DNA from: a virus
Taxonomy: Duplodnaviria; Caudoviricetes
Direction: 5' to 3' (one strand)
DNA length: 64,000 bases
IMG/VR virus record: IMGVR_UViG_3300003375_000020
Span: 1-64,000 of that record
The position numbers and the translations under genes were made by a program. Positions 38,977 through 44,752 of the stretch are shown here, piece by piece. The notes beneath the pieces were generated by a model. The model was not told where the DNA came from. It ran no database searches and saw only the letters and a program-made list of their open reading frames with translations. Numbering within the stretch: the stretch's first letter is position 1; every line of letters starts with the position of its first letter.

Positions 38977-39027
38977 GGGAAGTTTCAGAGATGGTTCCTA
39001 ATCGCACTCTTTCAAATGCGATGGATA
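38977..39027 (+). pseudogene. Truncated tRNA remnant (TTC loop, no T arm)
   Basis: GGGAAGT...TGGTT...CGCACT-CTTTCAA-ATGCG running directly into tRNA-Val. Confidence 0.35.
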
Positions 39028-39028
39028 T

Positions 39029-39104
39029 GGGCGCTTCGCTTAGCTGGTTTTAAAGCGTCACTCTTACAAAGTGAAGATCATCCGTTCGACTCGGATAGTG
39101 CCTA
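39029..39104 (+). tRNA. tRNA-Val(TAC)
   Basis: TCACT-CTTACAA-AGTGA; ATCCG-TTCGACT-CGGAT. Confidence 0.9.
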
Positions 39105-39159
39105 CAAAGAGGACAAAATGTATAGTAGCCTCAAGGATGATATCTCCTACTATACTCAT

Positions 39160-39231
39160 GCAGCAGTAGCTCAAAGGAAGAGCGTCACATTGCCAATGTG
39201 AAGGTTGAGATTTCGAAATTCTTTTGCTGCT
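39160..39231 (+). tRNA. tRNA-Gly(GCC)
   Basis: GCAGCAG / TTGCTGC-T; TCACA-TTGCCAA-TGTGA. Confidence 0.85.
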
Positions 39232-39236
39232 CATAT

Positions 39237-39308
39237 TGCTTATTAGTATAACGGCTAGTACATTTGGTTTTGGTCCAAATAGTTGGGGTTCGAATCCCTG
39301 ATAAGCAT
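39237..39308 (+). tRNA. tRNA-Gln(TTG)
   Basis: TGCTTAT / ATAAGCA; TTTGG-TTTTGGT-CCAAA. Confidence 0.88.
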
Positions 39309-39313
39309 CATAA

Positions 39314-39395
39314 GGAGAGTCCTAAAGGAGTAGTTAGCTGTCTTGAAAACAGTGAAGAGGTAACACTTGTGAGGGTTCGAGTCCGTCACTCTCCG
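39314..39395 (+). tRNA. tRNA-Ser(TGA), poor D arm
   Basis: GGAGAGT / ACTCTCC-G; CTTGAAA loop; long variable arm. Confidence 0.7.
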
Positions 39396-39499
39396 CTAAA
39401 ACATTCCGAAACCCAGGCACAAATTGTTGGTGGAGTATGATACGTAAAGTATCCCGAGACAGCAGGGGAAATAACGTTAAGAGGAATGTTTTTTAATAT

Positions 39500-39571
39500 G
39501 GGTCTTGAAGCTTTAAGGTGAAGTGCATGTTTGTGGCACATGAGAACTCGGTTCGATACCGTGCTAGACCC
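39500..39571 (+). tRNA. tRNA-His(GTG) with encoded G-1
   Basis: G-1:C73; CATGT-TTGTGGC-ACATG. Confidence 0.85.
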
Positions 39572-39654
39572 CGGCACCATGATAAAACTTGGTACGTAAC
39601 AAGTGGATAGAAGATTATGTCTAGGCTAGATAGGTTTTGCTTTTATCAAATTTT

Positions 39655-39739
39655 GGAAGTTTGCTCGAAAGGTAAGAGGCCAGTTTGCTAAACTGAAGCC
39701 TGGGTAAAACCAGAAGTGGCTCGGTACCACTAACTTCCG
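39655..39739 (+). tRNA. tRNA-Ser(GCT), non-canonical T loop
   Basis: GGAAGTT / AACTTCC-G; TTGCTAA loop; variable arm; T loop CTCGGTA. Confidence 0.78.
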
Positions 39740-39811
39740 CTACTTTACACAAAGTGTATGGTGCTGGCAAGACTTAAAAATGGTCTCGAAGACAATGCCT
39801 AAAGTTGTCCT

Positions 39812-39836
39812 CTCTACCTACGGGGTAGAGTTTTTT
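39812..39836 (+). terminator. Terminator-like hairpin inside the tRNA array
   Basis: CTCTACC / GGTAGAG followed by TTTTTT, directly before tRNA-Ile. Confidence 0.65.
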
Positions 39837-39908
39837 GGAGATATAGTAGAATGGTAAGCACACATGACTGATACTCATGGAATCCAAGTTCGAGCCTTGG
39901 TATCTCCA
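39837..39908 (+). tRNA. tRNA-Ile(GAT)
   Basis: GGAGATA / TATCTCC-A; CATGA-CTGATAC-TCATG; weak D stem. Confidence 0.78.
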
Positions 39909-39918
39909 CACAATATAA

Positions 39919-40006
39919 GGACGGGTTGCTTTAGAGGCCGAAAAGTCTAGACTGTTAATCTAGTGTCGAAAGACCATCGTGAGTTCGAATCTCACCTCGT
40001 CCTCCA
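39919..40006 (+). tRNA. tRNA with Asn anticodon (GTT), long variable arm and encoded CCA
   Basis: CTAGA-CTGTTAA-TCTAG; variable arm GTC-GAAA-GAC. Confidence 0.85.
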
Positions 40007-40015
40007 CATTTATAA

Positions 40016-40097
40016 GCCAACGTCGCATAGTGGCAATTGCAGCAGACTGTAAATTTGTTCTCTTCGGAGTTCGAAGGTTCGAGTCCTTCCGGTGGCA
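40016..40097 (+). tRNA. tRNA-Tyr(GTA)
   Basis: CTGTAAA loop; variable arm CTC-TTCG-GAG; A73. Confidence 0.88.
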
Positions 40098-40134
40098 CAT
40101 TAAAAATATAGTTTTTATATACAGCTTAATGTAG

Positions 40135-40142
40135 TATATTTA
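40135..40142 (+). promoter_or_regulatory. Possible internal promoter (-7-like TATATTTA) within the tRNA array
   Basis: AT-rich 60-nt spacer with a TAnnTTTA box 16 nt before tRNA-Glu. Confidence 0.4.
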
Positions 40143-40158
40143 CTATATATTAAACAAT

Positions 40159-40230
40159 GCTCTTGTCATCTAATGGTTAGGATGTCAAATTTTCGATTTG
40201 AAAATGAGGGTTCGATTCCCTTCAAGAGTA
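40159..40230 (+). tRNA. tRNA-Glu(TTC)
   Basis: GCTCTTG / CAAGAGT; TCAAA-TTTTCGA-TTTGA. Confidence 0.88.
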
Positions 40231-40256
40231 CTTTTAAATCACTATACAATAAATAA

Positions 40257-40333
40257 CGAAAGTGGGGCTGCTAGGCTGTGGCCGCTGGATTGTCACTCCA
40301 GATATCAGGCGAGTTCGAATCTCGTACTTTCGG
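40257..40333 (+). tRNA. tRNA-Asp(GTC)
   Basis: CGAAAGT / ACTTTCG-G73; CTGGA-TTGTCAC-TCCAG. Confidence 0.85.
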
Positions 40334-40407
40334 CAGAATGTTACCTATTGGAATAACCAGCGCATGACGTGGTTGGCGTCCGACTTGGAGAGTAGGTAAT
40401 TTTTCAT

Positions 40408-40481
40408 TGATCCTTAGCTCATCAGGTTAGAGCAAGTGACTCATAATCATTAGGTGACCAGTTCGAGTCTGGTAGGATCAA
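40408..40481 (+). tRNA. tRNA(CAT): Met or Ile2
   Basis: TGATCCT / AGGATCA; AGTGA-CTCATAA-TCATT. Confidence 0.88.
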
Positions 40482-40490
40482 CTTTAATAT

Positions 40491-40560
40491 TGCGAGGAAG
40501 TGAATAGGTATCACGCTAGTCTCATAAGCTAGAGAACCGGATCAATACCGGCGATCGCAA
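40491..40560 (+). tRNA. Atypical tRNA(CAT), fMet-like body
   Basis: CTAGT-CTCATAA-GCTAG; T loop ATCAATA; two acceptor mismatches. Confidence 0.6.
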
Positions 40561-40783
40561 CTAAAATTTTGCTAGAAAGTAAATGAGTGATGTAGTTATA
40601 GAAGTGTAAAGACTATCGCATTACAGTAGTATCAGCTACGTTCATTTATTAGTATAGGTAGTTAGCTTGGGCGGTTGGCTGAAACGAAGTAATTCGTAGT
40701 CATATTAATATAAGGATAGGTTAAATTCCTATACGGTTCTTTCTAACTTACTACACTCTGATAAGTGTACAAAATTTTAAAAT

Positions 40784-40855
40784 CGCATTATGGTGAAAAG
40801 GCTATCACAGAGTCCTCATAAGGCTTTATTCCAATTTCGAGTATTGGTAATGCGA
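40784..40855 (+). tRNA. tRNA(CAT): Met
   Basis: CGCATTA / TAATGCG-A; GAGTC-CTCATAA-GGCTT. Confidence 0.85.
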
Positions 40856-40860
40856 CATTT

Positions 40861-40935
40861 GGTTGATTAGTTCAGCTGGTTTAAGAACACTTGCCTTGTA
40901 AGCATGAGACTTCGGTTCGAATCCGAAATTGACCT
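40861..40935 (+). tRNA. tRNA-Thr(TGT)
   Basis: GGTTGAT / ATTGACC; CTTGTAA loop; TTCGG-TTCGAAT-CCGAA. Confidence 0.85.
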
Positions 40936-41028
40936 CCCTAGTTATACCAGAGAAGTTAGGTAGTATAAACAGCCCTCCTGTCCACAGGTCACCGCGAGGA
41001 GGTTGGTTGGTGACGAGGCTTCTCAAAT

Positions 41029-41100
41029 GCAGATATCGTATAATGGCTATTACTCCATCCTTCCAAGTTGGAGATGTAGGTTCGATTCCTATTATCTGCT
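41029..41100 (+). tRNA. tRNA-Gly(TCC)
   Basis: GCAGATA / TATCTGC-T; CTTCCAA loop. Confidence 0.88.
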
Positions 41101-41320
41101 CACGAGCTGGTTATAAATAATCAACAGCTAGTTCCATCCTGAATGATGAGAAGCGGAGGTGATGCCCGTATGGATTCCTAGAGTGTAGTAGGGGAACACT
41201 TAAAGCTCATCAAGCTTGTACCTAATAAAGTCAAATTGATTATTCCTAACTTATTCGGTTTGGAACCGGGTAAGGACAGCTAAGACACCTGTGAGTTGGA
41301 TAAATAAAGGTGTCACTTTT

Positions 41321-41396
41321 GGTCCTGTAGCATAACGGATTAATGCAACAATCTTCTAAATTGTTTTTTATAAGAGTTCGAATCTCTTCAGGACCT
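41321..41396 (+). tRNA. tRNA-Arg(TCT)
   Basis: GGTCCTG / CAGGACC; ACAAT-CTTCTAA-ATTGT. Confidence 0.9.
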
Positions 41397-41412
41397 CTAA
41401 AAATGAAAGAAT

Positions 41413-41616
41413 ATGATTTGGTTAATTGAACTGATTTGGTTATTAAGTATTGTATATGTCATTCATAGAATGATAGGAAGTAATAATAAAAAATCTTTAG
41501 ATGGTGTTATAGGAAACACGCCAGGATTTGATGCAATAATATTTGTATGGGGAGCACCATTTTTTGCATTAGTTGATTTAGGTGCAAGATGGATTTCACA
41601 CATGAAGCATAAATAA
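41413..41616 (+). CDS. Small two-TM membrane protein
   Basis: Two hydrophobic helices. Confidence 0.5.
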   Translation: MIWLIELIWLLSIVYVIHRMIGSNNKKSLDGVIGNTPGFDAIIFVWGAPFFALVDLGARWISHMKHK

Positions 41617-41620
41617 AAAT

Positions 41621-41650
41621 TGTTGAGTGGCGAAATTGGCAGACGCACCT
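41621..41650 (+). pseudogene. Orphan 5' third (acceptor strand + D arm) of a tRNA-like gene
   Basis: TGTTGAG-TG-GCG-AAATTGGCAGA-CGC-ACC, then the endonuclease ORF. Confidence 0.7.
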
Positions 41651-41684
41651 TTTTGTTAATTTATAATATTTATCATAAAGAGGT

Positions 41685-42350
41685 ATGAGTGCTATAATTT
41701 ATGAAACGGTAAATTTATTTAACAAAAAGAATAACATACTTCCTTATAGGTATATTGGAAGTGATCAACACAACAAACCTAGCTATTTAGGAAGCAGTAA
41801 AGAACTATGTGTAGATATAAAAAAACTAGGAGTAGATCAATTTGAAAAAAGAACTCTTTGTGAATTTAAAGAGGAGATTTCTAATATACTGCTAAGAAAA
41901 ATAGAATCTCAAATTCAAACCTATTTAGGAGTAGCAAAAGATGAAACTTATTACAACAGGACAAATAGCTCTCTTAGAGGTTATGAGGAAACTGATGAAC
42001 AGAGAGAAGCTAGAAAAGTTAACTTGTTAAAGAATAGAAAAATTTGGTGGGAATCTCTAACTGAAGAACAAAGGGAAGAAGAAAAAAAGAAAAGTGGAAA
42101 GTTTTTAGCCGCTTATAATAGATCAACTAAAGGAAAAACTTATGAGGAGATTTTTGGAGCAGAAAAAGCAAAGCTTAAAAAAGAGAAACACTCAGGAGGC
42201 AACAACAGTAATGCTAAAAAAGTATTACATAAGCCTTCAAATAAAATTTTTAATTCTGCTTTGGAGGCAATGAACTTTTTTAGCATAAAAAGATATGGAA
42301 GTTTGTATACAAGAATTAAAAAAGGTGAATTTGAATTTTTAAAAAGCTAA
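41685..42350 (+). mobile_element. Seg-like GIY-YIG homing endonuclease
   Basis: IIYETVN...RYIGSD...YLGSS; YYNRTN; KGKTYEEIFG; C-terminal HTH-like region. Confidence 0.8.
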
Positions 42351-42354
42351 ACAC

Positions 42355-42509
42355 TGTTTCCTGGCGAAACGCTGAAAAGCTTGGCAGACGCGCTCCTCTT
42401 GTCTCGAGGGTGTGGAGCAACTAATAAAGATTGGATAATGGGTTGACCACAAAGCGCGCAATGTCCTCTTCCTAAAGTCCACGTCATGGTTCGAATCCAT
42501 GGGAAACAG
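42355..42509 (+). ncRNA. 155-nt tRNA-like RNA with extra D-loop hairpin and about 74-nt variable arm
   Basis: TGTTTCC / GGAAACA acceptor; GCG/CGC D stem; TCCTC-TTGTCTC-GAGGG; CATGG-TTCGAAT-CCATG. Confidence 0.75.
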
Positions 42510-42588
42510 CAATAGTACGTTCGTAAGTAGCCGGTTTAAAACTATTCAAATAAGGAAACACGGCCTCCCTAAAAATGGGGGACATCAA

Positions 42589-42661
42589 GCACCTGTAGCC
42601 CAACGGGAGAGGCAATAGACTTAGGATCTATTCAGTGTCGGTTCGAATCCGACTAGGTGTA
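42589..42661 (+). tRNA. tRNA-Leu(TAG), short variable loop
   Basis: ATAGA-CTTAGGA-TCTAT; 5-nt variable loop; A73. Confidence 0.88.
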
Positions 42662-42769
42662 CAAAAGAAACAGAAGTGTTTAATGAATGTAGTTTTCTCA
42701 TTATGTTTCTTCCGGCCGTAGTTAGACTTCAAGATAAACTCATTCAAAGCTGGGTCGCTCCCAGTGCAT

Positions 42770-42844
42770 GCCTGTGTGACGTAAATGGCATACCGTATCA
42801 GACTTAAAATCTGAGTCATGTGGGTTCGAATCCCATCACTGGTA
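42770..42844 (+). tRNA. tRNA-Leu(TAA), short variable loop
   Basis: TCAGA-CTTAAAA-TCTGA; 5-nt variable loop; A73. Confidence 0.85.
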
Positions 42845-42876
42845 CTTTTAATATTTATTAAAAAAAGGAGGTTTAC

Positions 42877-43341
42877 ATGGAAAGGCAATTTAGAACATTA
42901 GAAAAGCGCCAACCAATTGATTTGATTCCGTATGTTAAAGATCATTTAATAAAATTCCCAGATTCTGAGATTTTAGTTGGATGTGATTCTCAAAATCAAG
43001 GAAGAAAAACTATTTACGCAGTAGTAATTGGTATGTACAACCCAGGTAAAGGAGCTCATGTATTATTTGCGATGTTCGACGAACCAAGAGTAAGATTGAC
43101 TGAAAACTCAGTTAGATTATTAAATGAAGTTTGGTATTCAGTAGAAGTAGCAGAAAAATTAAAATCAGAATTAGGAATAATTGCAAAATGGATTGATATA
43201 GATTTAAATCCAGATCCTAAATGGCAGTCTAATAAAGCATTAACTAACGCAGTTGGTATCGTAACTAGCATGGGTTACCATGTTAGACACAAAGGACTTT
43301 CTCCAGTTATGACTTATGCTGCTGACAAATTAGTTAAATAA
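42877..43341 (+). CDS. YkuK/DUF458-like RNase H-fold protein
   Basis: ILVGCDSQ, RLLNEVWYS, IDIDLN and YAADK motifs. Confidence 0.8.
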   Translation: MERQFRTLEKRQPIDLIPYVKDHLIKFPDSEILVGCDSQNQGRKTIYAVVIGMYNPGKGAHVLFAMFDEPRVRLTENSVRLLNEVWYSVEVAEKLKSELGIIAKWIDIDLNPDPKWQSNKALTNAVGIVTSMGYHVRHKGLSPVMTYAADKLVK

Positions 43342-43422
43342 TTTAAATGAATATTAATGTATCTTAAAAAATAGTACTATATTTATAAAGGAACCTTCCC
43401 TAAAAATATAGTACTATTTTTT

Positions 43423-44481
43423 ATGTCAGAAAATAAAATCCTTTTTATCTTAAAAAGAAAAGAAGACTATCATTCGGTTATAGACTCTCACATTGGCCTA
43501 AGTACAGGTCTTTATAATTCAGCAAATTTTATGAATGAAATGCTCCAAAAAGCAGGACGTAATAGTAAATTAGTTGTTGTTATAGATAATAATGATATAG
43601 ATAGAGAAGTTAATTTATTTAAGCCAACTCACGTTATTATAGAAGCTCTTTGGGTTGTTCCTAGTAAATTTAGTGTACTTTGTAAATTGCATCCTAATGT
43701 TAAATGGATTATCAGATTGCATAGTGAAGTTCCATTTTTAGCAAATGAAGGTATCGCATTTGATTGGATTGCAGACTATGCTAGATTTAACAATATTGTT
43801 ATTGCTGCTAATGCTCCAAGAGCTTTAAAAGAAGTAAGAATGTATGTTAAAAGAGTATTAGATTTAACTACTCAAGAAGTTGAAGATAAAATTATATACC
43901 TTCCAAATTTTTATCCACAAGAATATAAATCTAAGATTCTTGATAAGAAAAAAGATACTATAGATATAGGTTGTTTTGGAGCGGTAAGACCTTTAAAAAA
44001 TCACATGCTACAAGCAATTGCTGCAGTTAAATTTGCAGATAAAATAGGAAAGAAATTAAACTTCCATATAAACGCAGGTAGAATTGAAATGAAAGGAGAA
44101 CCTGTTCTTCATAATTTAAAAGGATTTTTTACTCAGTTATACCCAACTGGTCATAGATTAATAAATCATGATTGGCAACCTAGAGAAGAGTTTATTAAAA
44201 CATGTGCAGCGATGGATCTAGGAATGCAATGTTCATTTTCTGAAACTTTTAATATAGTTGGTGCTGATTTAATAAGTCAAGGCGTTCCTTTAATTGGATC
44301 AACAGAAATTCCATGGATAGATTCTACATGGTGTGCGAATCCTGTAGAAGTAGATGAGATATATGATGCTTTATTAAAAAGCTATAATATTTATAAGCTG
44401 AATGTATTTTTTAACAGATGGTATTTAAAAATGTACACTTCTAAAACTAGAAGAATCTGGAAAAGATACTTTAAAAAATAA
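43423..44481 (+). CDS. GT-B glycosyltransferase-like protein
   Basis: GCFGAVRPLKN; SFSETFNIVGADLISQGVPLI (GT4-like E-x7-E variant). Confidence 0.7.
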   Translation: MSENKILFILKRKEDYHSVIDSHIGLSTGLYNSANFMNEMLQKAGRNSKLVVVIDNNDIDREVNLFKPTHVIIEALWVVPSKFSVLCKLHPNVKWIIRLHSEVPFLANEGIAFDWIADYARFNNIVIAANAPRALKEVRMYVKRVLDLTTQEVEDKIIYLPNFYPQEYKSKILDKKKDTIDIGCFGAVRPLKNHMLQAIAAVKFADKIGKKLNFHINAGRIEMKGEPVLHNLKGFFTQLYPTGHRLINHDWQPREEFIKTCAAMDLGMQCSFSETFNIVGADLISQGVPLIGSTEIPWIDSTWCANPVEVDEIYDALLKSYNIYKLNVFFNRWYLKMYTSKTRRIWKRYFKK

Positions 44482-44492
44482 AATATTAAAAA

Positions 44493-44699
44493 ATGGCACA
44501 TCACAATCACAAATTACAGATCTCTTTTTGGGAAAATGGACACTTAGTACATGAAGTATTTGAACATCCTACCCAAGATGGTGTATATCGTAAATTAGAA
44601 GAGTTTCAAAAACGTACTACTCAATACACATTTAAAGTTTATAATGGTGAAGATGAATTATTAGAATCTAAAGGAGTAGAAATAGACACTTACGCATAG
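44493..44699 (+). CDS. Hypothetical protein
   Basis: 68-aa ORF. Confidence 0.45.
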   Translation: MAHHNHKLQISFWENGHLVHEVFEHPTQDGVYRKLEEFQKRTTQYTFKVYNGEDELLESKGVEIDTYA

Positions 44700-44752
44700 T
44701 AGTATCTTATTTACATATATACTAAGTATATTTATTAGAAATAATAATTTAC

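Noticed and set aside
39398-39492. SRP RNA
   Set aside because: CAGG and AGCAG are separated by about 45 nt rather than a short GNRA-capped helix.
40941-41024. Canonical HDV-like theta ribozyme
   Set aside because: Only about 7 nt lie between the P2 5' and P1 3' strands, too short for P3/L3; kept as an unclassified candidate.
41621-42509. Group I intron interrupting a tRNA
   Set aside because: No group I core is visible around the ORF, and the downstream RNA has its own complete 5' end, so splicing is unnecessary.
42589-42661. Amber suppressor tRNA or stop-codon recoding
   Set aside because: Anticodon TAG reads CTA (Leu); a suppressor needs CTA. Long ORFs are intact in the standard code.
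37986-42888. ORFs overlapping tRNA genes (37986-38060 extension, 38839-39201, 39386-39580, 40826-41026, 40929-41120, 42628-42888)
   Set aside because: They run through clear cloverleafs and are better explained as chance open frames in GC-richer RNA genes.
13781-43406. Recurrent CCCTAAAAA loop word (13781, about 42567, about 43398)
   Set aside because: Too short and too few copies in an A-rich genome to distinguish from chance.
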